The translations under genes were made by a program, and so were the position numbers. This document shows, one piece after another, positions 28,426 through 37,421 of a stretch of 64,000 nucleotides of DNA. Source of the DNA: Dehalococcoidia bacterium (GTDB lineage: Bacteria; Chloroflexota; Dehalococcoidia; Lucifugimonadales; CAJWER01); NCBI GenBank assembly GCA_965209165.1, contig CBDBQI010000005.1, positions 491,440-555,439 of the forward strand, given 5' to 3'. Position 1 is the first letter of the stretch. Every line of letters starts with the position of its first letter. The notes beneath the pieces are model-generated. The model made no database searches. It was given only the letters and a program-made list of their open reading frames with translations, and had not been told where the DNA came from.

Positions 28426-28589
28426 GACTCGACCCAGGTTCGACCGGCAATCTGCTGCTGGGCATCGTGAAGTGGGATTACTGCAGGGGGCGGCCCTGTC
28501 CTCCACCCAATTGCGCCAGCCGTGCTACGATAACCGTAGGCGGCCTCGGGCGCGGTCGCTCGGGGCAACCCGCCAAATGGAGTACGAGA

Positions 28590-29225
28590 ATGAAACCGAG
28601 AATACTTAGAGCCATCGCCCTGGCCGCGACATCGGCGGTGTTGGGCATGGTGGTCGCCGGCTGCGGTTCCAGCAGCTCCCCAACCCCCACGGCCGTCCCA
28701 ACACCAACCGCCGCTCCCACCGCTACAGCCGTAGCGCTGGAGCTGAACTCGAAGTGGACCCAGTACACGGACGCGGGCGTACAGCCTGCGCCGGAACTGG
28801 AGGGCATCACCGGGTGGCACAACACGGAACCCTTCACGCTGGAGGACAAGCGCGGCCAGGTCGTGATGATCAAGTTCTGGACCTTCGCCTGCTACAACTG
28901 CATCAACACCATGCCCTACGTTAACGCCTGGCACGACAAGTACGCGGACGACGGCTTCGTCATCGTGGGCGTGCACTACCCTGAGTTCGAGTTCGAGAGA
29001 AACCTCGACGCGGTGATCCAGTCGGCCAAGGAGCGGGGAATCGAGTATCCCATCGCCCAGGACAACAACGGGGAGACGTGGCGCGCCTACAAGAACCGGT
29101 ACTGGCCCACCATGTACCTGATCGACAAGCGCGGCAACATACGCTACACCCACATCGGTGAGGGCGCCTACAACGAGACCGAGCAGAAGATACAGCGGCT
29201 GCTCGACGAGCCCGGCCCCACATAA
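28590..29225 (+). CDS. TlpA-like thiol-disulfide oxidoreductase (redoxin), lipoprotein
   Basis: Signal peptide with lipobox VVAGCGSS. Pro/Thr/Ala linker. Thioredoxin fold with CxxC (WTFACYNC). Confidence 0.75.
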   Translation: MKPRILRAIALAATSAVLGMVVAGCGSSSSPTPTAVPTPTAAPTATAVALELNSKWTQYTDAGVQPAPELEGITGWHNTEPFTLEDKRGQVVMIKFWTFACYNCINTMPYVNAWHDKYADDGFVIVGVHYPEFEFERNLDAVIQSAKERGIEYPIAQDNNGETWRAYKNRYWPTMYLIDKRGNIRYTHIGEGAYNETEQKIQRLLDEPGPT

Positions 29226-29473
29226 GTGGCCGGGTGCCGCTAAGTCATGGCCTCGTAGGGGCGGGTTTGAAACCCGCCCTCTTGCCGCAGAACGCCAATT
29301 CGATCAGATTAAACTGGGCACCCCCGCTTACCCTCATTCTCAAAGACTCCGGGCTGGTGAGCGGCAACGCAGCTCGAATAGACTTAGCCCCGGCCATCCC
29401 TTCAAACAATCTTGATATTCCCCCGCTAAGCTGGAGTAAATCGCCGGTAGAACCGGACACTCTGGAGGTGCAG

Positions 29474-29881
29474 ATGAGGAAGAGATGGATAATCGTTTCG
29501 GTGGTGATGGCCGCGCTGGCAATCGCCCTCACGGGAGGCGCGATCCTGGCCCAGGACGACGACGATGACGACAGCTCCAAGACCTTCGCGGGCAGGGTCG
29601 CCGAGATCCTCGACCTGGACGAGGACACCGTCGCCGACGCCATGAAGCAGGCCAAGGAGGACATGCGCGACGAGGCCATCAAGGCCAAGCTCGACGCGCT
29701 CGTGGAGGCTGGAGAGATAACGCAGGACGAAGCGGACGACTACATCGAGTGGCTTGACTCCAGGCCCGACGTTGACTTCGGTGGCGGCCATGGCAGGGGA
29801 TTCCGCGGCAAGGGCGGCTTTGGCCGAAAGCACGGCTGGGGCTGGGGCAAGTCCAAGGCATCAGACACATCCGGCGCATAG
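29474..29881 (+). CDS. Small secreted/membrane-anchored acidic protein with Gly-rich basic tail (hypothetical)
   Basis: GGAGGTG ribosome-binding site, then ATG at 29474. N-terminal signal/anchor, poly-Asp run, helical acidic region, C-terminal GGGHGRGFRGKGGFGRKHGWGWGK. Confidence 0.45.
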   Translation: MRKRWIIVSVVMAALAIALTGGAILAQDDDDDDSSKTFAGRVAEILDLDEDTVADAMKQAKEDMRDEAIKAKLDALVEAGEITQDEADDYIEWLDSRPDVDFGGGHGRGFRGKGGFGRKHGWGWGKSKASDTSGA

Positions 29882-30012
29882 ACCTGTAGCGGACCGCGCC
29901 GCCTCCTCCTTGAGAGGCCTCGCTTCGGCGGGGCCTCTCTCTTTGCGAGCGGTGGCGGCTCTGGCACTGAGCGGGGAGTTCCTACCTCTGCCCCCCATTG
30001 GGGGGAGGGAAG

Positions 30013-30076
30013 ATTGGGCCTGTCCTGAGCCTGACGAAGAGCCTGCCCCGTACTAGACACGGGGCATTAGGGCTCC
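30013..30076. repeat. Structured intergenic repeat family, copy D
   Basis: gattgggcctgtcctgagcctgacgaagagcctgccccgtactagacacggggcattagggctcc. Preceded by a C6/G6 hairpin. Between convergent genes. Confidence 0.65.
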
Positions 30077-30079
30077 CCG

Positions 30080-30547
30080 TTACCTCCGAAGCACTACGCG
30101 CACCCGGCGAATCTCGGCGCTGTGCTCGTCCATGTGAGCGACGATGTACCTCTCGAGGACGGCCCTCGCGGTAAACTCTCCCGAAGCGTCGCCGGCGTCC
30201 AGGCCGGCGTCATCCATGTCCTGGAGCATGCCGACCGCCTCGGCGCCCGCGGCCGCCAGCCGCTCCCGCACCGTGGCAGCATCATCGCCCGCGTGTTCAT
30301 CGATCTCCGCCGTGCGACTCTCGGCCTCCGCCAGCGTCCTGCCCACTCCGGACGCATCCGTGATGCTGGCTGCCTTCCCTGCCCACAGAGGCTGCATCTC
30401 GATGACGTGGGCACATATCTGCGCGACGGTCCACTCTCCATCGGCTGGCGGCGTGTGAAGCTCCACCTCAGTGATACCGTCGAGGGCGTTCACAAGCGCG
30501 GCCTGTGCAGCCTCCAGTCTCGCCTTCACTTCTCCTACGCCGCTCAT
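30080..30547 (-). CDS. DinB_2/YfiT-like (DinB superfamily) metal-dependent protein
   Basis: 155 aa. AAGGAG ribosome-binding site. EWTVAQICAHVIEM...AHMDEHSAEI matches the DinB-family His motifs. It is the C-terminal part of the 1280-aa ORF-track artefact. Confidence 0.65.
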   Translation of the reverse strand: MSGVGEVKARLEAAQAALVNALDGITEVELHTPPADGEWTVAQICAHVIEMQPLWAGKAASITDASGVGRTLAEAESRTAEIDEHAGDDAATVRERLAAAGAEAVGMLQDMDDAGLDAGDASGEFTARAVLERYIVAHMDEHSAEIRRVRVVLRR

Positions 30548-30709
30548 GCGCAGCTCCTTCCAGTCCGGGTTGTAGTCCTGTCCGCCAAGAATACCAGAAC
30601 GCACTCTCCCGAAAAGGCCGATGTTGACGGGCTCCCGGACAGCCCTTAGTATGCCTTGGGCGGGCCATCGCGCTCGCCCCTGTTCCAAAGAGATCTGCCA
30701 GGAGAAGAA

Positions 30710-31759
30710 ATGAGAAGCAGGGCAGCCATCCAGGTCGGCGTCGATCAACCCCTCCTCGTCGACGAGCTGGAAATCCCCGATCCTGAGCCGCACCAGGCGA
30801 CGGTCAAGCTCCTGTCCAGCGGCATATGCCACTCGCAGCTCCACCAGATGCACAACGGCGAGCAGGACCGCCCCATGGTCTTCGGACACGAGGGCACGGG
30901 CGTCGTCACCGGCGTCGGCAGCGAGGTGACGCACCTGCGCGAGGGGGACCACGCCATAGTCACGTGGGTGCCAAGGACCCCGGTCACCGGGCGGCCCACG
31001 CCCGTTCCATCCGGCGCGACCTACCGCGAGGAGCTTGTCCACGGCATTGTCTACACCTGGGCCGAGGACGCGCTCGTCAAGGCAGACTACGTAGTCCCTA
31101 TCTCGAAGGACCACCCGACGGACGTGAGCAGCATTGTCGGCTGCGCTGTGCTCACTGGCGCCGGAGCAGTGCTGAACACCGCACGGGTCCGACCCGCCGA
31201 CTCGGTGGCCGTGTTCGGGGCCGGGGGCGTTGGGCTGTCGGCCATACAGATGGCGGCGATCCTGGAGGCGTACCCGATCATCGCCGTGGACATCGCCGAC
31301 GAGAAGCTGGAGTTCGCCCGGGAGTTCGGAGCCACCCATCTCGTCAACGCCTCCGAGACCGACCCCGTGGAGGCGGTGATCGAGATCAGCGGCGGCGGTG
31401 TCGACTACGCCTTCGACGCCATAGGTCTCCGCGTGACCACCGAGCAGATACTGCCGGCCACGAGAGGCGGCGGGCCCGGCGCCGACAACCACGGCGGCAT
31501 GGCCGTCCTGATCGGGATGCCCGGCAAGGAGATGACCGTCGACCCCGGCCACTTCATGTTCCACCAACGCCAGTACCGCGGCAGTCTGGGGGCAACGTAC
31601 CCGGACAGGGACTTCCCGATGTTCCTGCGCTGGCACCAGGAGGGCAAGTTCCCCCTCGAGAGGATGGTCACCCGCCGCTACGGCCTCGACGACATAAACG
31701 AGGCTTGCGACGACCTGGAGTCGGGGCAGATCCTGGGCCGCGCGATCATCGAGTACTAG
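30710..31759 (+). CDS. Zinc-binding alcohol dehydrogenase (MDR family)
   Basis: GHEGTGVV zinc motif. GAGGVG Rossmann motif. About 350 aa. Confidence 0.8.
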   Translation: MRSRAAIQVGVDQPLLVDELEIPDPEPHQATVKLLSSGICHSQLHQMHNGEQDRPMVFGHEGTGVVTGVGSEVTHLREGDHAIVTWVPRTPVTGRPTPVPSGATYREELVHGIVYTWAEDALVKADYVVPISKDHPTDVSSIVGCAVLTGAGAVLNTARVRPADSVAVFGAGGVGLSAIQMAAILEAYPIIAVDIADEKLEFAREFGATHLVNASETDPVEAVIEISGGGVDYAFDAIGLRVTTEQILPATRGGGPGADNHGGMAVLIGMPGKEMTVDPGHFMFHQRQYRGSLGATYPDRDFPMFLRWHQEGKFPLERMVTRRYGLDDINEACDDLESGQILGRAIIEY

Positions 31760-31771
31760 CCCCCAAGCACC

Positions 31772-32210
31772 ATGTCGAAACGCCCAGTCACAGCCATAGT
31801 CGTCGGGGCGGGAAGCCGGGGGATGGGCTACAGCAACTACGCCCTCCACAACCCGGACGAGCTCCGAATCGTCGGCGTCGCCGAACCCTCGGACCGGCGC
31901 CGCGCCATCGCGGCCGAGACCTTCGGCATTGCCGACGAGATGTGCTTCGACTCGGCCGAGGAGCTGGCCGAAAGGCCGCAGTTGGCAGACGCCGTGATCA
32001 ACGGCACGATGGATGTGGAGCACGTCTCCACGGCGATACCGCTCATGGCCGCCGGGTACGACATGTTGCTGGAGAAGCCATTCGCGACCTCGGAGCCGGA
32101 CATGTGGAGGCTCGTACGCGCCAGCCGGGAGCACGGGCGCAAGCTGATGATCTGCCACGTCCTCAGGTATGCGCCGTTCTACAGGGCCATCAAGGAGCGG
32201 GTCGCGGCGG
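31772..32210 (+). pseudogene. Gfo/Idh/MocA-family oxidoreductase, 5' fragment only (truncated at a repeat/foldback junction)
   Basis: The N-terminal NAD-binding domain (MSKRPVTAIVVGAGSRGMGYSNYAL...EKPFATS...ICHVLRYAPFYRAIKERV) covers about 145 aa. The reading frame then runs into an inverted copy of flotillin-repeat sequence instead of the C-terminal domain. Confidence 0.6.
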
Positions 32211-32293
32211 AGCGGGTGGCAAGCGATGAGGCGACGCGTTCGTTGGAGATCGCGCGTGACCGCGCCATCGAGGAGGCGGAGATCGCCCGTGAG

Positions 32294-33922
32294 AAAGCGG
32301 TGGCGCTCGATCTCGACACCCCGCGTCTCGCGCTCGGACTCGATGCGTTCCAGCGCGACTCGCTTCTCCTGCGCGATGCGGGCCGCCTCGATCGCCTCGC
32401 GCGCCGCGATCTCCGCCTCCTCCAGCGACTTGCCGCGCTCGATCTCCAGGCTCCGGGTCTCGCGCTCCGACGCGATCCGCTCGGCACTGACCGCCTTCTC
32501 CTCCGCGATCCGCGCCCGCTCGACCACCTCGCGCGCCGCGATCTCCGCCTCCTCCAGCGTCCTGGTGCGTTCGATCTCCAGGCCGCGGGTCTCGCGCTCC
32601 GACGTGATCCGCTCGGCGCTGACCGCCTTCTCCTGGGCGATGCGCGCCCGCTCGGTGGTCTCCGCGGCGACGATCTCCGCTTCCTCCAGGGCGCGGGTGC
32701 GCTCGATCTCGCGACGCCGGGTCGCCTCCTCCTGCGCGATACGAAGCTCGGTCAGCGCCCGCTCCTGTGCGATGCGAGCCTGCTCGGTCTCCTGCTGCGC
32801 CGCGATCTCGGCCTCCTCCACCGCGCGCTTGCGCTCGATCTCGAGCCTCTGGGTCTCCTCCTCGGACGTGATACGGGTCTCGGCCACCGCGCGCTCCTGC
32901 GCGATGCGCGTCTTCTCGATCTCCTCCCGGGCACCGATCTCGGCGGCCTCGATGGCACGGGTGCGGTCGATGTCGCGCTGGCGGGTGGTCTGCTCGGCCG
33001 CGATGCGGGCCGCGTTGAGCGCCTCGTCGTTCGCGATCCGCGCCTTCTCGGTCTCTTCCCGGGCGAGGATCTCCGCCTGCTCGGCCTCGGTCTCGCGCCG
33101 GGCGCGCTCGCGGGCGAGATCGGCGCGCTGCGCCGCACGCCGGACCTCGATGTCGCGCTCCTGCTCCAGGCGCGCGGTCTCGCTCTCGCGCTCGATCTCC
33201 AGCGTCTGCTTCTCCGCCTCCAGGTTGCGGGCCCGGATCCGGACCATCGCGTCCTGCTCGATGTCGTTGCGGGTCTTGCGGCGGGTCTCGATCTCCTCGA
33301 TGAGGCGGGTGAGACCTTCCGCGTCGAACCGGTTGGACGGGTTGAAGTACTCCAGGTCGGTCTGGTCCAGCTCGGTGATCGCGACCGATTCGAGCTCCAG
33401 GCCGTTCATCGCGAGCGCCTCGGAGGCGGCATCCTTCACCTTGACCACGTAGTCGCCGCGCTGCTCGTGCATCTCCTCGAGCGTCATCTCCGCCCCGACC
33501 GAGCGGAGCGCGCCGATGAACTTGCCAGACAGCAGCTCGTGCAGCCGGACCTGCTCCATGGTGCGCCGGCCGACCGTCGCGGCGGCCATGGACACCGCCT
33601 CTCTGGTCGGCGCGACCCGCACGTAGAACTCCGCCACCATGTCGACTCGCATCCGGTCCTTGGTGATGAGCGCGTTCTCCTTGTCGCGCACCACCTCGAG
33701 CTGCACCACGTTCATGTTGACCGGGGTCGTCTCGTGGATGATGGGCAGCACGAAGGCGCCGCCGTTGATGACCACCTTCTCCCCCCCGAGACCCGTTCGC
33801 ACGAACGAGACCTCCTTGGTGGAGCGGCGGTAGAGCCAGTTCACGAGGTACACCACCACCGCGATGACGATGATCGCGACGATGAGCCACAGGACGATGG
33901 CGCCTATCACCGAGCCGGACAT
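32294..33922 (-). CDS. Flotillin/SPFH (band 7, YqiK-like) protein with long Glu/Arg/Ala-rich ~36-aa tandem repeats. No in-frame stop until 30080, so the 3' end is uncertain.
   Basis: N-terminal TM segment plus SPFH domain (VRTGLGGEKVVINGGAFVLPIIHETTPVNMNVVQLEVV...DYVVKVKDAASEAL). After residue ~300 come tandem EIERTRALEEAEIAAREE.../SERETRGLEIER units, which stay recognisable to residue ~543 (position ~32294). Confidence 0.7.
32300..33030 (-). repeat. Intragenic tandem repeats (~108 nt, ~36 aa units) in the flotillin coiled-coil region
   Basis: Repeated peptide blocks ...RTRALEEAEIAAREEIEKTRIAQERAVAETRITSEEETQRLEIE... occur at least six times with variation. Confidence 0.7.
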
Positions 33923-33934
33923 GATGACTGTCTC

Positions 33935-34160
33935 CCCTGAATCGTTTTCACGATCGCGTCTTTCGGGTCCGTCGCGACTGTCGGGCCTTTCGCGCGATCC
34001 GCTTGAACCTGCGGGCTGCTCCGTTCACCCGTTCACCGAGCCGACCACGACCACTGTCTCCCCTGCATCGGACACCTGATCACGTCCTTCGCGCCAACCG
34101 ATCGCGACTGCGCGCCAACCGATCGCGACTTCGCGCGATCTGCTTGAACCGCCGCGTCTG
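33935..34160. repeat. Tandem duplication (~110 bp, two units) spanning the flotillin upstream region and the 3' end of the Tm-1-like gene
   Basis: Unit 1 (~33935-34040) and unit 2 (~34045-34160) share ctgtctcccctg(a/c)atcg ... cgatcgcg ... ttcgcgcgatc(c/t)gcttgaacc ... ctgctccgt. The duplicated stretch encodes the duplicated C-terminus [15 protein letters not shown] of the downstream gene. Confidence 0.65.
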
Positions 34161-34958
34161 CTCCGTGAGCGCGGACTCGACCGGGAGGCGTTCCATCGAG
34201 GACGCCCCGTAGAAGCCGTGGCAGTGCTCGGTATTGTCCATCACGTACTGCGCGTCCTCGGGCCGGGCGACGGGCCCGCCGTGCACGAGGACGACGACCT
34301 GCGGATTGACGCGAAGCGCCGCCTGCGCCCACGCGTCCACCAGCGCCGGGCACCGCTCCAGGGTAAGCGCCGTCTCCGCCCCGATGGAGCCGCCGGTGGT
34401 GAGCCCCATGTGGCAGACGACAATGTCGGCGCCGGCCTGCGCCATTGCCGTCGCGTCGTCCTCGGAGAAGACGTACGGGGTGGTGAGCATGTCCTTCGCG
34501 TGGGCCATCGCGATCATGTCCACCTCCAGGCCGTAGGACATGCCGGTCTCCTCGAGGTTGGCCCGGAAGGTTCCGTCGATCAGTCCCACGGTGGGAAAGT
34601 TCTGCACGCCCGAGAAGCCGACCGCCTTCAGATCGTCGAGGAACCGGTCGAAGATGCAGAAAGGGTCGGTGCCATTCACTCCGGCGAGCACCGGCGTGCG
34701 CGTCGTCACCGGCAGCACCTCGCCCGCCATCTCCATCACGATCTCGTTCGCGTTTCCGTAGGCCATCAGGCCCGCGAGCGAGCCGCGTCCCGCCATGCGG
34801 TAGCGCCCGGAGTTGTAGATGACGATGAGGTCGATGCCGCCGGCCTCCTCGCACTTGGCCGACAGCCCGGTGCCCGCCCCGCCACCGACGATGGGCTCGC
34901 CGCGGTCGACCATGTCCCGGAACTTCTCGAGCAACGCGCTACGTTCGAATCGCGGCAT
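34080..34958 (-). CDS. Tm-1-like / phosphoenolpyruvate hydrolase-like TIM-barrel protein (PF09370-type), without the usual UPF0261 partner
   Basis: [50 protein letters not shown]...[15 protein letters not shown]. Family assigned from memory of this signature. Confidence 0.55.
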   Translation of the reverse strand: MPRFERSALLEKFRDMVDRGEPIVGGGAGTGLSAKCEEAGGIDLIVIYNSGRYRMAGRGSLAGLMAYGNANEIVMEMAGEVLPVTTRTPVLAGVNGTDPFCIFDRFLDDLKAVGFSGVQNFPTVGLIDGTFRANLEETGMSYGLEVDMIAMAHAKDMLTTPYVFSEDDATAMAQAGADIVVCHMGLTTGGSIGAETALTLERCPALVDAWAQAALRVNPQVVVLVHGGPVARPEDAQYVMDNTEHCHGFYGASSMERLPVESALTEQTRRFKQIARSRDRLARSRDRLARRT

Positions 34959-34983
34959 CCCGCCCGCCTCCGGCTTCCCGCAA

Positions 34984-35145
34984 CTACAGCAACGCCTCGA
35001 CCACTCCGAGGTATTCCTGTATGGCGCTTCGGATGTTCTCCAGAGCTTCCGCTTCGCTGGCGCCCTGAGACCAGCAGCCTGGCAGACCGGGACAGGAAAC
35101 GCTGTACCCTTCTTTCGACTTTCGCAAGACCACCTTGTATCGCAT
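34984..35145 (-). CDS. HicB-like antitoxin domain protein (UPF0150 family), orphan
   Basis: Unannotated in the ORF track (53 aa): [53 protein letters not shown]. The [15 protein letters not shown]...EAL.NI..AI motif is the UPF0150/HicB N-domain hallmark. GAGGA ribosome-binding site. No hicA found nearby. Confidence 0.6.
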   Translation of the reverse strand: MRYKVVLRKSKEGYSVSCPGLPGCWSQGASEAEALENIRSAIQEYLGVVEALL

Positions 35146-35303
35146 GACGCGTCCTCGAGTGTCTCGGTATCCGCCCGACCATCAACCGGACCCGGTCATA
35201 CTATCGCGATTGCTCTCCTGCCACCGTGACGCTTGTCCGCGTGCTGTTGACGCGAGTGCAAGCAGCACGATCCGGATCATCCGGCAGCATGGCCCGGCTC
35301 GGA

Positions 35304-35693
35304 TCACCACAGGCGGTGGACGCCATATCCGTCGAACGCCTGATCCACGGACACGATTGCCATGTCGCGTGCCAGAGCCTGGGCGATGATCACACGGTCG
35401 AAGGGGTCGCGATGAAGGCCGGGGAGTCGTCCGGCGCGTGCGGCGTCGTCCACGGTGATCGCCAACTCCTCGAAGCCTTGGCCGGCGATGGTGCCGGTCA
35501 CGTCGAGCGCCACCGCCTCGGCGCGCGCGAGCTTGCCGATGCGATGCTTGGTGGTGATCTCCCAGGCCGACGCCGCGCTGACGAAGATGGTGTTGGCGTC
35601 ATCCTCGATCGCGCGGCGAGCGGGTGTCGACAAGCGTCTGCTGTCCGAGATCCACCAGAGAAAGGCGTGGGTGTCGAGCAGCGTTCGCACCAC
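35304..35693 (-). CDS. vapC: PIN-domain toxin (VapC-like)
   Basis: GTG start overlapping the antitoxin stop (TAGTG). PIN motifs LLDTHAFLWW...SAASAWEI...D.F.D. Confidence 0.7.
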   Translation of the reverse strand: MVRTLLDTHAFLWWISDSRRLSTPARRAIEDDANTIFVSAASAWEITTKHRIGKLARAEAVALDVTGTIAGQGFEELAITVDDAARAGRLPGLHRDPFDRVIIAQALARDMAIVSVDQAFDGYGVHRLW

Positions 35694-35950
35694 TACTCGT
35701 CCTCCGACGACCACCCTTCCCACGCCCGCAGCTCTTCCTCCGGAAGTGGATCGAAGAAGCTGTCGTCGATGAAGATCTTCCCTTTCAGGACATCGGGCTG
35801 CCGGCGGCCCCGAGGCTTGCATTGGACGAGCCGGGCGACGGGTTCACCCCGCCGGGCGATGACGACCTCCTCGCCGGCCTCCACCTGCGCCAGCAACTGG
35901 GAGAGACGGGTCTTGGCTTCATGTACGTTGACCATGGTCATGAGCTGCAC
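35693..35950 (-). CDS. Phd/YefM-family antitoxin
   Basis: [39 protein letters not shown] matches the Phd/YefM N-terminus. Lies immediately upstream of the PIN gene. Confidence 0.7.
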   Translation of the reverse strand: MQLMTMVNVHEAKTRLSQLLAQVEAGEEVVIARRGEPVARLVQCKPRGRRQPDVLKGKIFIDDSFFDPLPEEELRAWEGWSSEDE

Positions 35951-36117
35951 CTCGCTGCAAAGGATTAGCTAGAAATATAGCTAGATTTCTGACTCCGTCA
36001 AGCATCGTCCCGTCGAAGTCCGCCCGCCGTGATCGGGTGCGTTCGTTTGTCCGTGTTCCGGGCCTGTGTGACAATGTTCGCGATGCATTCCACTCTCCAT
36101 CCCAACCGGCGCTCCCC

Positions 36118-37413
36118 ATGACCAGCAACATCCGGATCCCCGCCGACGGCGCGAAAATCTCCATTGAAAACGGGAAGTTGCGCGTCCCCAACAACCCCGT
36201 CATCCCCTACATCGGGGGCGACGGCATCGGGGTGGACATCTCCCCGGTCATGATCGACGTGGTCGACGGGGCGGTGGCGAGCGCCTACGGCGGCGCCCGA
36301 AAGATTCACTGGATGGAGGTCTACGCCGGCGAGAAGGCCAACAACCTGACCGGCTCGTGGCTCCCGGACGAGACCATCGATCTCATGAAGGAGTACCTGG
36401 TCTCGATCAAGGGACCGCTGACCACTCCCGTCGGCGGCGGCATCCGCTCGCTCAACGTGGCGGTGCGCCAGATCATGGACCTCTACGTCTGCCTGCGGCC
36501 GGTGCGCTGGTTCAAGGGCGTCCCCTCGCCGGTGCGCAGCCCCGAGCTCGTGGACATGGCGATCTTCCGGGAGAACACCGAGGACATCTACGCGGGGATC
36601 GAGTTCGAGACCGGCACGGACCAGAACCGGAAGTTCCTCGAGCTGCTCAGGGAGGCGTTCCCGGCCTCCTACGACAAGATCCGTTTCCCCGAAACCTCCG
36701 GGATCGGCATCAAGCCCGTCTCCCGCGAAGGCACCGAGCGCCTGGCGCGGGCCGCCATCCGCTACGCGATCGACAACGGCCGCAAGAGCGTGACCTTCGT
36801 GCACAAGGGCAACATCATGAAGTTCACCGAAGGGGCGTTCCGCAACTGGGGCTACGAGGTGGCGGAGCGTGAATTCGGCGCCGAGACCTATACCTGGAGC
36901 GAGTGGGAACGCACGGTGGCGGACAAGGGACAGGACGCCGCCAACGAGGAGCAGAAGGAGGCGCTGGCGGCGGGCCGCATCCTGTGCAAGGACGCCATTG
37001 CCGACATCACGCTCCAGCAGGTGCTGACCCGCCCCGCCGAGTTCGACGTCATCGCCACCACCAACCTGAACGGCGACTACCTCTCCGACGCGCTCGCCGC
37101 CCAGGTCGGCGGCATCGGCATCGCCCCGGGCGGCAACATCAACTACGACACCGGCCACGCGGTGTTCGAGGCCACCCACGGCACCGCCCCCAAGTACGCG
37201 GGCCGCGACATGGTCAACCCCGGCTCGCTGGTGCTCTCGGCCGAGATGATGCTGCGCTACATGGGCTGGAAGGAGGCCGCCGACCGGATCATCGCGGCCA
37301 TGGACGGGGCCATCGCCGGCAAGAACGTGACCTACGACTTCGCGCGGCTGATGGACGGCGCCAACCGGGTGTCATGCTCCGATTTCGGCCGGATCATGAT
37401 CGGCATGATGTAA
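36118..37413 (+). CDS. icd: NADP-dependent isocitrate dehydrogenase (prokaryotic homodimeric type)
   Basis: [14 protein letters not shown]...[12 protein letters not shown]...[23 protein letters not shown] with strong Icd similarity. The ORF-track start at 36037 is too early. Confidence 0.9.
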   Translation: MTSNIRIPADGAKISIENGKLRVPNNPVIPYIGGDGIGVDISPVMIDVVDGAVASAYGGARKIHWMEVYAGEKANNLTGSWLPDETIDLMKEYLVSIKGPLTTPVGGGIRSLNVAVRQIMDLYVCLRPVRWFKGVPSPVRSPELVDMAIFRENTEDIYAGIEFETGTDQNRKFLELLREAFPASYDKIRFPETSGIGIKPVSREGTERLARAAIRYAIDNGRKSVTFVHKGNIMKFTEGAFRNWGYEVAEREFGAETYTWSEWERTVADKGQDAANEEQKEALAAGRILCKDAIADITLQQVLTRPAEFDVIATTNLNGDYLSDALAAQVGGIGIAPGGNINYDTGHAVFEATHGTAPKYAGRDMVNPGSLVLSAEMMLRYMGWKEAADRIIAAMDGAIAGKNVTYDFARLMDGANRVSCSDFGRIMIGMM

Positions 37414-37421
37414 GCGGGGCG

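Noticed and set aside
30080-33922. 1280-aa minus-strand ORF presented as one protein
   Set aside because: Only the N-terminal ~543 aa (flotillin) and the C-terminal 155 aa (DinB_2, which has its own ribosome-binding site and ATG) look like protein. The middle is antisense to a bona fide Zn-ADH and a Gfo/Idh/MocA fragment and reads as GC-bias noise. The missing stop is attributed to the junction artefact or rearrangement.
31772-33940. 722-aa plus-strand ORF
   Set aside because: Only the first ~145 aa are oxidoreductase-like. The rest is antisense to flotillin repeats (low-complexity LRRD/GLL runs), so it is not a real extended protein.
27143-34160. CRISPR array interpretation of the direct repeats
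   Set aside because: Repeats are two- or three-copy, not regularly spaced with unique spacers, and no cas genes are present. They behave as REP-like or tandem-duplication elements.
35226-35972. 248-aa plus-strand ORF
   Set aside because: Antisense to the Phd/VapC pair, which has strong family motifs and start/stop coupling.
36903-37421. N-terminal 173-aa extension of the AceK ORF
   Set aside because: It overlaps the 3' half of icd in another frame. AceK homology begins at the GTG just after the icd stop.
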